Shown here: positions 1 to 11,576 of the stretch, one piece after another
Layout: every line of letters starts with the position of its first letter
Numbering within the stretch: position 1 is the stretch's first letter
Assembly: GCF_036321535.1 (NCBI RefSeq)
Contig: NC_087436.1
Location: forward strand, 116,314,001-116,378,000
From: Camelus dromedarius
Lineage: Eukaryota
Direction: 5' to 3'
DNA: 64,000 nucleotides
Program-made: the position numbers and the translations under genes
Notes under the pieces: model-generated
Database searches by the model: none
What the model saw: only the letters and a program-made list of their open reading frames with translations
What the model was told of the DNA's origin: nothing

Positions 1-1439
1 TACAGTCATACTTTTCTTTTGGAACAGAATTTTACCTTCCACTTAAATCGAGGGCAAAAGGATTCATAATCAGCAATTTGACTTAGATTTTTTTTCTTTT
101 TGACAATTTCTAGTACAATATAAATGCACTGTGACCAAAATGAGGGCCATACCAACATTTGAAAACAGGCAAAAGACACACAATTTTTTCACTAGGCTTC
201 AGATGAAGCATGTTACAAAAATGATAGTAATAATAATAGCTACAGCAGGCCGGCTGGCTGGCCAGAGGCACAGAGCTTCTCCTGAAAGTTTGTTTACTTG
301 TACAGCAAAATGTTTGCCATTCGGAAATGTGATAAACACTGGGGTCGCCAAGAAGATCAAAATAGGTTTGTGTTTTTTTTCCTCAAGAATCTCATCCATC
401 ATCAAGAGATAATTATCACCCAATTTGCTCAGTGCCGAACAGACACACATGCAACAAGAGAGGCAACCAACCCTGTCAGAGGTTGCCGAGGGAGTCTCTG
501 AGCAGAGCAGAATCCGAAAGGCTCGCTGAGGTAAGGTGAGGAATGGAGGAAGGAGGGAGGAATGAATAGCAGAGACACCAGGGAGAACACAAGGAAAGTG
601 CAGAAGAGAGAAGTGACATGCAACAGGAGAACTCAGGTTACAGAAGCGCAAAGGCAGCTGTTGAGCTGATTGATGCCAGATCACAATGGATCTTGAAGTG
701 TCTATTCAGACACTTAGATCTCACCCATGGTGCAACCGGAAGGACTTCAATGATTTTAAGACACAATTGTAATGTTGATCACCGTTGGCTGGTGAACTTA
801 CTGTTTTTCAGATTTCTTATTCCTAGTTCCCTCTAATTTCTAATGGTTGCAAATAGTCATATCTTTTTGATTAAAAAATAGTTTAAAAAAGGGACCACTT
901 CCCCAAAGAAACTTCATTGACTCCTTAGCTGCAAAGTCAATTTCCATAGTTTTCCTACCAGCTCTCCTTCCTTCTATTTTATTTATTGGTGAAATCTTGT
1001 TCAAGTTATCACTACTATATTATAGCACGTATTTCACCTTTCTAGAAGTAGTGATGCTTGTATTGTTCTGTGACTGTCTCTGTAACAATTATGTAGGCAT
1101 CATGATACGTAGCAGGGCCACATTGCCAAACTTCTTGAGGTACCATTCAGCCACACACCTTATCTTTGGTGACTGGTTGCCCTGGGGGTTGTAAATGCAG
1201 CAGATGCAGCAGCTGTGATTAAACAATTTTTGTATTTATCCTACACTCTAAGATAGTTCTGTGTGCATTTTCAAGATCTTTTCTCTTTTCTGACGTTATT
1301 AGGTATTCTTTCCGTAGGTACTATTCCTTTGGAAGGGTGGTATAATTTCTAAGCCATGGACTGTCTGAAATATTCTTCCCAAAATTTCACACATAGAAGT
1401 GAAAATTCATCTAACAAACAAAGTCTTAGGTAACATTCA

Positions 1440-1752
1440 TTAATCCTTGAACTCAAGCATTGCTCCAATATTTTTGGCATCTCTTTTTTAAAGAAGTAGA
1501 CAACTGGTTGGATTTCTCTCTTTTGTTTGTTTGTTTTGATGAGATTTATTTATTTTACCACCTTTTCTGGATGTTTTCTTTTGAGTTCAAAACTTTTACC
1601 TGATATGAATATTTCAATATTTATTTCCTGGTAATACATCCATTTTCTAATCTGCAGATTCATTGCTCTTTGGCTCAGGGAATTTTTCTTCTATATATAT
1701 ATATATTTTTTTTTAATATTGTCTCTGTTTCATTTGTTCCAGTGTATTTATC
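1440..1752 (-). mobile_element. Ancient L1M/HAL1-type ORF1-region fragment
   Basis: T-rich strand with motifs typical of antisense old L1/HAL1 ORF1 (ctcagggaatttttcttctat...tgtctctgtttcatttgttcc). Recognised from memory; highly diverged. Confidence 0.45.
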
Positions 1753-1753
1753 A

Positions 1754-2250
1754 TGAATACAAAGGAGGGAGCCACCAACCTTTCATTCAGAAATAGAGGT
1801 GATGGTCTCACTTGCTAAGCAAGGAGAGCTGTCCTTGAAAAACGCAGTCTCTCTGAACAAAGCAGAGCTGGGACCTTATACGTGGTTTTAGGAAACACAG
1901 GGTTAAGGATTAGAACACTCTAAGAAGTGAAAGTGTCAGGGACTGGCTGATATTTTGGCTGTAGGGTTTGAGTATTAGAGCACAACTGTAGCTGGTTGGC
2001 TGGATTTCAGAAGTGTGGTTATGAAGAGAGCTGTCCAGAGTTTGTTCACATCCCACAATATCTTCTTCACTGTTCTTGACTGACAACCCGAGTCCCTTTT
2101 ATTGTATCACATCTCCACATAAGTTCAGGTCCCACTGTGTCTGAGAGTGCAAGTCATAAGAGGATCACACATGATAATCCCACAGCATGTTTATTTCTTT
2201 CTGCCTATGAATGTGTTTCTGGCTGAGTTTGAGCTTGTAGCAGACAGAGT
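1754..2250 (-). mobile_element. Putative old ERV LTR (ending ...gttcaca at ~2050) plus adjacent internal sequence
   Basis: Abrupt composition shift after the L1-like sequence, TG...CA-compatible ends and an antisense TATA-like 'cttatac'. Family not identified. Confidence 0.35.
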
Positions 2251-4064
2251 AAATTACTCATGACAGACAGTAAATTAGGTTACTGATGTCTAGTGGAATC
2301 TCAGTCTACTAGGGTGTGTGGTATACTGAGCACGTCAGGACAGAAGTTGAAAACTTTCTAATGGTGGAATTTTAGACATCACTTGAACTTTCAATGTTCA
2401 AAGACTTTCTAATGATGGAATTTTAGGCATCACTTGGAGTCACTGGGGAACACTTTGCATAATGAGTCCTTCCTTCCTGAGGCTTCTCAGGTGACAAATT
2501 TTAGACATCCAGGTGTCCTCTACTATTCGAATATCCACTGGATAAGGCCCATGAACATTGAAGACAAACATAGCCACAAAGGAAAGGCCTGTTCAAGACA
2601 CATTGTTCCCTGACCTCATTTATGTGTACTCATCATAAAGTTCACTTTGGAGACTCTCCTTAATTTTTTAGATTATTTGTAAGATCATTGTAATTTTTTC
2701 GTTGTTTCTGCTAAGAAAGTAGTCTTTTCATTGTCTTGTATAGTATATACATCGTATTCAATAAAGAACTATCTCAGATAAAGTTCTTGCAAAAATACAG
2801 TTTTTAAATCAACTTAAAAATTCAATTAAAGTTCAAACTAATTTATAATTAAAATATAGAATTAAATGAAATATAAAACTGTGTGTAGAGTGTTCAGCAA
2901 TTAAATGTAAAAAAATCTACTTTTGAAAAATTACAAGAATAAAATGACCAATATTTGAGATTATGAATGTTAATTTAATAAAAATCCAATTTCCTTTATT
3001 ATGAAGCCCACATTTTCATTGCATATTTGGAGGTGTCTAGAGAAGAACTCCCAGAAAACCAGTAACATTTTAACCACATCTGAAGGCTGAATGAGATTTT
3101 GCCACTGGATGCATGGCAATGGATGAATGAATGAATTGGGAGTTAAATGTAATGTAAATCTTGCAGGGAAGCTAACTCTCATGTCACCGCTAGAAAAAAC
3201 ATCAAACAACTCACTTTCTAGTGAAAATATGCCAGAAATAGGAGACAAGGGGATCTTGGGTCTCATCCCCAGTCTGTGACTTGTACCACGTGACTTGGCT
3301 CAGCCTTTTGTCAGAAGCCTGGTCTGTTTTCACCAGCTACTCCTTGGGGATAGATGCTAAATTGTCACAAGCCAATCTGCTCTGATTTCTTGACTGCATT
3401 TCAAAACAAGATGGTTATTCAAATAAAATACAATCCAGATTTGCTTGAAGAATCTTCTTTCCTTCCTTCCTTCCTTTCATTTCTTCTTTTATCCATATCT
3501 ATGCAGAATTTTCAGAGGATTCCAAGTTCTTTACAGCAATTTCTCAGATTCTCCAATTCCATTGAAAGAGAACCAGGCTTGATCTAGTGACGCCATCCCT
3601 TTCATCTGCCAACTAATTTTTATTTCTCCAGTGCTTAAAATTCATTCAGATGTTATCACTGCAATGATTGATAAGGGAAATTTTCACTACTGGGTGATTA
3701 TGAGCATGAATAAAAAGCCCAGTTTCCCCAGAGACTGATGATTTTGAACCAGAAGTGAGCATTGGGACCCAGCTCCTCAAATGAATTGTTTTCCACAATG
3801 ATTTTCTGTTGTTCAAACTAAAGAATATTATTTGTGGAGTATTTGATGGTAGGGAAGGCTAAGCTATAATATTTTAGAACTGGTGGGACATTTTGAGATC
3901 AACTAGAAGATAGTGTTTCCAACTTTTTCCTGGAGAACAAAGACTTCCATGAAAGGTCCAACTTCAGGGGTGAGAATTTAATAGATCAGATGGGATTCCT
4001 AGGCTCCCATTTTCATTTTGCTTAGAATATCCTTGGTTTTGTCTGGTAAGTGTAATGAGTTTTG

Positions 4065-4675
4065 AGTGAGGTGCTGTCTCACTGTGGTTCCGATTTGCAC
4101 ATTTCTGATGATGAGCAACGGTGAGCACCTTTTTCATGAACCTGTTGACTATTTGTATGTCTTCTCTAGAGAAATAGCTATTAGGTACTTTGTACATTTT
4201 TAAATCAGGTTATTTGGGTTCTCTGGGCTATTGTGTTAAGTTCCTTTTATACTAGTGACATAAGCCAGACAAAGGAAGACAAATACTGTATGATCCCACT
4301 TAAATGTAGAACCTAAAGAAGTCCAACCCATAAAAGCAGAGAATAGAATAGTGATTGCGAGGGGCTTGGGGGTGGGGGATTGGAAGATACTGGTCAAAAG
4401 GTACAAAGTTTCACTTATGCAGGATAAATATGTTCCGGAGACAGAATCATGTACAATGTTAATAATATTATATGGTATATTTAAAATTTGCTGAGGGAAT
4501 AAATGTTAAGTGTTTTCACCAACGAAGGGAACTACAAGAGGTGATAGACATGTTAGTTAGCTTGATCGTGGGAATTATTTCATAGTGTATTTGGATATCA
4601 AAGCATTTAGTTGTACATCTTAAATTTATACGATTTTCATTTGTTAAGTAGATTTCAATAAAGCTAGGGGAAAAA
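4065..4675. mobile_element. L1 (L1MA-type) 3' fragment with 5' inversion: minus-strand ORF2 segment 4065-4250 joined to plus-strand ORF2 end and 3' UTR 4250-4675
   Basis: The minus ORF 3964..4197 contains YFSREDIQIVNRFMKK (L1 ORF2 HFSKEDIQMANRHMKK). The plus part reads ataagccagacaaaggaagacaaatactgtatgatcccactta...aataaagctaggggaaaaa, a typical L1MA 3' end. Confidence 0.88.
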
Positions 4676-5390
4676 GAAGTTCTGTGCAATTATTTTTGAT
4701 AATGTGTTTAAGATCCAAAAATCAGGGGAAAAGGAAAATAGTGAATTGTCCCAACTCCCTCACTTTATGAAGACAAGAAGTAGGGCTCAAAAAGGCAGTA
4801 GATCTTGGCAGAAGCAGGAGAAGTCCGTTGCACTGCATTGTGTGGCTTTGGGCACGTTGCATGAATTCTGTGAGTTTCACTCTCTCCCTTCTCCCAGTCC
4901 CCATCCACCTGGGGTGAAAGAGAGAGAGAGCAAAGTTCTCACGTTGCAATTTTTACAAGGATTCCCAGGATATATGTGAAAGTTGAGAATGAGAAATGCA
5001 GGGAATTAGTGATCTCTGCATTGTCTCTCACGCATTTGATGTGATCAGTCAGTCACTCAGTTTCTTCCTAGGATCTTTGATTTTTGCTTGACCTCATACT
5101 CCCTTTGAGTCTGAGGAATGAGAAAGATCCCTGCATCAGGTCATGGGATCTCCAGTCTCCTTGGGGGAAAGATCTCTCTCTTCCTCCCTCGCTATCAAAT
5201 GTCACTACAATTATCCCACCGCTGGAAATAGCTCTGGCATTTTTGGACCCTGTGCAGCTCTGAAGCTCCTGTCAAGTGAATTTCTGTCTCACTCTTTCAG
5301 CCTCCCCGTCTGTGGGGTCTCTGTTTAATTTGCTCTAGGGCTGAAAAAACAGCCATATGGCAGTTCCTTGTCCTGCTCAAGCTCCCCTTC

Positions 5391-5430
5391 CAAACAAACA
5401 AACAAACAAACAAACAAACAAACAAACAAA
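5391..5430. repeat. (CAAA)10 microsatellite
   Basis: Seen directly in the sequence. Confidence 0.97.
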
Positions 5431-5819
5431 AACGCTTCTTTTTATCAATTCTTTATTGAGTTCTGCTGGAGCCGCGTAGGAGTACACTGTTTCTGTCTCT
5501 CCCTCCACCACTAGATTGTCTACACAGGCAGTTCTCTCCATCCTAACAAGTGTCTATAGCATCTTCCAATTTTGTGTCATCTACAGATTTCCTTAAAGGG
5601 CCATCTCCCCCCCTTTCTAGACCATTAATAGAGAGAGGAGCCAGTCTGAGAAGTGCCACATTTCAAAGCCTCCTCCCTGCTGCAGACTTGGCTGTCCACC
5701 TCTCCTCCTTCTCTCTCTTTCCTTAGTCACTTTTCAATCTGTGAGTTCAGAAACAATTTCTGTAAGGGTGGGAAAGAGATGTGCTTGAACTCTTGCAGAC
5801 ATACAGGGGATAATGAAAG

Positions 5820-6003
5820 AGACAGGGGCTTTGGGTCCCTCCAAATAAACCCCTCAGCTGGCCCTGACCTCACTGTGTGATTGTGGCAAGAAACATTAAG
5901 GGCTCTGAGTCTCTGAAAATGAAACTGGGACCTCTGATAACACCTTCCAAGAATTATTGTGAAGATTAAGTTACATGAGACAGGACACAAAGCACCAGAC
6001 ACA
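5820..6003 (+). mobile_element. MIR SINE
   Basis: ctgtgtgattgtggcaag...gaattattgtgaagattaag matches the MIR core. Confidence 0.7.
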
Positions 6004-7974
6004 AGGTCTGTTTTATACCAGGGATTCAAGAAAAGCTGATTCTTTCTTCCCAGTAATGTATGTTGAGGATTTGTGGCTGACGCTGCAGTGGCCAGCCTGT
6101 GTCCCCTTGCCTTAAACATCTCAGTGCACAGCAGCCCCGCGTCCAGGGCCAGAACCTGCATTTCCCTCCCCAGTGCCTTCCCTCACCCTGGGAGCTTATT
6201 TTGCTGCCTAGCGGGCAGAAGGATGGACCAGGAAATGAATGCCCACCAAGCAGCTATCTTTAACCCCTGAACAAAGAAGTCTGTGCAAAAATACTACACC
6301 TCCTCCACCACTGTTCGGATAATTCTGAGGTGACTGTTCCACATGAGCTCCAGAATTCCTGCAACAGACCCAGTTTCTAGTTTCCCACAAAGGTTACTGG
6401 CTTCATAACACTCCTTTACCATCTGCCTTCCCTTCCCTGACCCAAGACAGCCTAAGATCACACAGTCTGAGAAGTCTACCCAGTGCAAAGTACTTGATTA
6501 ACAAGCGTTTCTTCTTCCACATCTTTTCCTGCCCATAAATTTGTTCAGACTTGGGCCAGGCAGCTGCTCAGAGAGTTTGTACCTATAGTAGGATTTTGCA
6601 TCAACTGAAAGATTAGAAGCAACTTTTAAGGTATCTGTTGACACAGGAGAAAATATGATTGGCTTCTATGCACTATGAAAAATGCTCAAATTCTCTTTGT
6701 GATTATTAATGTCACAATCTGTCCCCATATTGATTACCTATTGATTACCTGTCTTAATTCCTGCTCAGCGAGGAATTGTCCTCAAGGATAGTCTAATGTG
6801 GGAAGAACCAAGGTGGTAAATAGTATGTGAGCAATGGGGGTGAAGATAATCTAGAGATGGTAAGAGGGAACACGGCTGGGGCATGATATCCAACGCCCAC
6901 CCAAGAACTTAGAAGTGGGGGCATCATGGAAAGGTAGAGCCTAGAGTCGAGAGCCACCAGACCAGGACCAGAAGAGGGTTGGGGAATAGTGAGGCCATTC
7001 CAGGAAAATTCCAAGTCTTCACACCTTACCTTGCAACACCACCAATGTTACAGCTCTGTAAGAGTCACCAATACTGGGCACTAACTATGACCTGGGCAGC
7101 AGATTGCAAGCTGTCCTCTGAGAGGAGAGTCAAGACAGAGAGACTCGCAGGGATTCGGAAAACAGGACAGCGGTATTACAGCCCATCCGCTGCTCAGTGT
7201 GTGGGTGCCTCTGCCCTTGAATTCCATCAGTTTCACACAGCTGCCTCTCCTTTTTGTCATTAAGGCTTCACTGGTGACTTAACTCCCTTCTCGACACAGG
7301 CATCACCCCTGTTTCTGTGCCGGCTCATCCATTGTTGGCTGACCTGCAGCAGAAAATAGGTTGCTTCATAAATAGGCCCAGCGTTGGTACAATACAGCCT
7401 ATTTCTAGGTCAGCGGTACCTGGTGGGGAGGGAACAATGGTCTCGTGGATGAAAGGAAATGTGCTACCTATTAGGAGTGCCGTCCCTTAGATGCTTAATT
7501 AACCAGAGACCCAGGAGCCCAACTTGGAGCGCGCTCTCTGAAGATGACAGAGAAGTGGTGGCACTGCAGGCAAGCTGTAGGGGATAACCTTGGATGTTCT
7601 GTGCAGAGCTGGTCACGTAAATGCTCCACGCAGGATGGCTGATGGAGCATTTACACAGTACACAGCATTGCACTTTCTCACAGCTGTGGACCTTTGGGGC
7701 AGGAGCTGTTTGATCCACTAGGACATTCAATCAAGTCCTTTTGAAAGTTTCTGTCCTCTATGTTCCCTTTACCCAAACAGGTCACCTTCCCCAGTCCCTG
7801 CCAGGGCAGCCAGTGCCACATAATAACAGTGTTTGTGCCTCTGTGTACGTCAGCAACTCCCCCTGACCTTCCTGTCTTGACTCCTCACACATTCCACCTC
7901 CTGACCATTTTGTACTCTCAACACTTTCTGAATGTACTGTTTATAAAATCTGCTATTATTGAACATTTGTGCAA

Positions 7975-8235
7975 AAAGTGCTCAATAAATGTTACTATTA
8001 GTTTTATTCTACTATCATACAATAATGATATCAAATATACACTGATAATATATTAAAACTATACATCGATATAAATATGGATATAAAATTATATAAAGTA
8101 TAAATATTATATATAAATACTTGTATGTTATTATTATTAACTGTAATTAATGTTAATAATCACTATTATTATCACTTTAATATTCATATCCGTATTATTT
8201 TATGTGAATACTCAATCCTATAAGGCATATGTAAT
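7975..8235. repeat. MIR/L2-type tail (gtgctcaataaatgttactatt) followed by AT-rich low-complexity sequence
   Basis: Tail motif followed by degenerate TA/TAT repeats. Confidence 0.7.
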
Positions 8236-8715
8236 TGTTTTCACTTTATGTAGGAGGATTCAATAATAGTCCCATGGTGACACTGATTATAGTATCTGAT
8301 GGGACAAAAATTAAACCTCATGAATCCCAACTCCACTTTCCCTCTCATTCTCTTCTTTCCTCCTCCTCTGCCTCCTCCTCCTCCTTCTTTTAATATAAAT
8401 CCTCTCCTTTCCATATTCTCTCTCACACTGTCTTTATCCGGGGAATCCAGAGTTTAGCAACAGCCCTGACACCTGACATTGTAGACAGGAATTTCAAGAA
8501 TGGGTATTTTCTGCACTGGGTTAAATTGTAAGACACCACAATTGAAATCAGAGCTTTGATCTGGGATGTCTCTGAGGAAGGAACAGTGACTGAGAATCCA
8601 GGCCATGGAAAGTGATCAGAAATCCTGAAACATCTACCTGTCAGAGAAGAAAAGTCCCAGCTCGAAAAACCAAGATGTGCTACGCTCTGGGCGAAGTCTT
8701 TGTTCATGTTGTTCG

Positions 8716-8933
8716 AGGGCACTCAACCTTGGCACTCTGACATTTGGGGCTGGATGACTCTCTCTTGTGGGGAGATGACCCGTGCCTTGTTGGATGTTGA
8801 GCAGAAGCCCTGGCCTCTACCTGCTGGACGACAGCAGCTCTTCTCCCGAGTTGTGACAAGCCAGTGTGTCTCAGACATTGTCAAATGTAACCCCCATCGG
8901 GGAACTCACCTCCATGTGAGGATGACTCACCTG
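8716..8933 (-). mobile_element. MER20 (hAT-Charlie) non-autonomous DNA transposon
   Basis: ctcaaccttggcactctgacatttggggctggat...ccctggcctctacc...gttgtgacaa...tgtctcagacattgtcaaatgt is the reverse complement of the MER20 consensus; length ~220 bp. Confidence 0.9.
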
Positions 8934-9039
8934 AGTCCCTTGGAGGAAGACCAGGAGGAAATAGTGGGAATCGATGTTGAGCAAAAGAATTTCCAAAGAA
9001 AGGGACATGGAAAGCTTTCGTCCCTAGCAAGACTGTAGA

Positions 9040-9600
9040 ATTTGGGATTGGAAGAACTTAGCTGGGCTCCAGTCTTGCTCCCGCTGCCTGCTCTGGACCA
9101 ACCGCATGCGGACAAACCAGTTTCTGTCTCGTAGCCTGGGTGTCTTCAGTGGGGAGATGGGGTGTTATGGACCGAATATTGGTATCCCTCCAAAACTCAT
9201 ATGTTGAAGCCTTAACTTCTAACGACCCAGCGTGATGGTGTTTGGAAACAGGGCCTTAAGAAGCAATTGTGATTAGATGAGGTTCTTTATGATGGGATCA
9301 ATACCCTTCTAAAAACAGCACCAGAGAGCTTGCTCTCTCCCTCGTGACCGTGTGAGGACACAGCTGTCTGCAGACCAGGAGGAGGGCTCTCACCAGAACC
9401 CGCTGATGCTGGTACCCTGACCTCAAACTTTTGGCCCCCAAAATTAGGAGAAAATAGGTTCCTTTTGTTTAAGCCACTCAGTCTGTGGCATTTTGTTAAG
9501 GCAGCTGGAGCTGACTAATACATAGAGGTAACAATTTTGCTTATGGCTCAGAACTGTCACGGGAATTATTTGAAGTAAATCTGAAAACTGTAAAGTGACA
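9040..9600 (+). mobile_element. Degenerate MIR interrupted by the MLT1A LTR
   Basis: A MIR-like left half ends ...gatgggg and a MIR-like right half continues taacaat...aactgtaaagtg. Confidence 0.5.
9163..9522 (+). mobile_element. MLT1A-type MaLR solo LTR
   Basis: Starts tgttatggac, contains ctcatatgttgaagcc and ctcaccagaaccc, ends tttaagccactcagtctgtggcattttgtt...gactaataca. Confidence 0.92.
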
Positions 9601-10529
9601 TATTACATTAAATTTTATGGATAGTTAGTAGTTTCAAGAACATTTAGCCACTAACTGCTTATGAAGTTTGGCAAGTACTGGTCCTACTAGACCTGCTCTG
9701 CTGGAAAAATGCTATAATTGTAATCAGCTCATTACTGGTATGCCACAGAGGGCTGGTAGACACTTGAAATTAGTGTGCACATAATGAGGTCATTTAATCA
9801 TTTCTCAGTGAGTGAGCAAGTCAGCCTCGGAGCTTGCCCTCATGGAGCTTATGTTGAGGTAAATACAAAAAAATAAACATAAGAAAGTGGAAATACTTGG
9901 AAGAGTACTTGGGATATAGTAAGTTCTACTTAGTGTTGGCTTTCATTAATATCGTTATGATTGTTATCATGCTATTATTATTGTAATTAAAGTTGTTTGC
10001 AAAGTATTGGAAACAATGAAACTTGAAAAGAATAAAATGAGATATAAAATATGCAAATTAAAAAAGGTAAATAAAAAACTTGATTTATAAGATTAAGTCA
10101 ATGCAAATATTGAACAGAATAAACACACAGATTATTTCATTACAATGTTTAAGTGCACGGTTGGAGACGTCTGGAGATCTATTACAGTACATACTAGTGG
10201 AAATCTCTGTTTTAAAAAGAAGCAACATTCTTACTGTTAATGACCAAATTGCTTAAGAAACCTTTCTTCATAAATAAAATGCAATTTTAGAGGCATAATA
10301 TAATAGGGCAATGAATCATGATTTCATTTAGCTGTTTTCCTGGAAATTGTTCAAGGTAAACTACTTTTTTCATACACAATGTATGAAACTAAAAGCAGAA
10401 TGAGAAAGTCCACATCTTTATGCTGCTGCCAGAAATGCACAGCACTGGCCAAGGAAGGGCTGGTAACGCTTCGTGGGAGGAACTGGAGCCAAACAAAATA
10501 CACGTCTCCAAGAGCATTTCTTCTGTAGA

Positions 10530-10800
10530 CATTTATGAAACTTGCAGCATGTGTCAGGCACGGTGCTGGTTGGCAGAACACCTAACTCCTACAACTGCAA
10601 GAGTTTCTGGTTTACAAAACCTGTCCCACTTATGATCTCATTCATTTCTCATTTGTTTATCAAATAAAATGAACTATAAATCAAGTAGAAAATATTCCTA
10701 TTTAATGACTAAGAAAACCAAGGTGTAGGGAGGATCAGCAATATGTTCGCCATCAGCATCTGGAAAGTTAAAGAGCAAGGAGACACATCCAGGTTAGTCT
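10530..10800 (-). mobile_element. MIR SINE
   Basis: atgtgtcaggcacggtgctg...atctcattcatttctc...taagaaaaccaaggt matches antisense MIR. Confidence 0.6.
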
Positions 10801-11205
10801 CAGGCACCATACGGTGTCCTTTTATTGTACCATGCAATGCCACATTCCATCAAAGCACACTTGCCTCAAGCATCTAGGGAGCACACAACAGAGTAGCCGG
10901 GTTTGTTGGCGTTAACTGGGTCACCATGTTTGGTTACCATGAAAATCCTTTTCCTAAGTTGTCCAGATCAAGCCCTTTCTAAACCATAAAATTAAAATTA
11001 CCACATGCTTCATTTCAACTCAATGTACTTTTATTCAATAAAATAGAGTTGCATGGAGTATCCGCTTCCCATGTGAGCAAAAGTGTAAAAGGTGGAATGT
11101 AAGGAGCTCTTGGAGCATCAACGGGCCAGGATTTGGCAGACCACGGGGTGTCCAGAAGAACAGAAGGATGGATGGAGGCTGTTTGAAGGATTGGTGATTT
11201 CATAA

Positions 11206-11576
11206 TGTCTTAGTCTGCTTGGGCTCCCATAACAAACTACCACAGACTAGATGGCTTAAACAACAGAAGTATATAATCTCACAGCTCTCAGGGCTAGAAG
11301 TTCCAGATCTAAGTCTGCTAGGGCCAGTTACTGGTGAGGCATCTCTTCCTGGTTTGCTAGTGGCCACACGCTCACTCTGTCCTCACATAGCCTTTCTCAT
11401 ACATGCACTCTGGGAGAAAGAGAGAGCTCTCTAGTGTCTCTTCTTATGAGGACACTAATCCTATGGCTTCATTTAACCTTTATGACTGTCTTGAAGACTC
11501 TATCTCCAAATACAGTCATGCTGGGAATTAGGGATTCAACATACAAATTCTGGGGGGATGCATTCAGTCCGTAATA
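11206..11576 (-). mobile_element. MLT1A-type MaLR LTR (3' LTR)
   Basis: tgtcttagtctgcttgggctcccataacaaactaccacagact...tctccaaatacagtca...cattcagtccgtaata. Confidence 0.92.

Noticed and set aside
2353..2436. CRISPR-like repeat-spacer unit
   Set aside because: Only two full copies with an 18-bp gap, in mammalian DNA with no cas genes.
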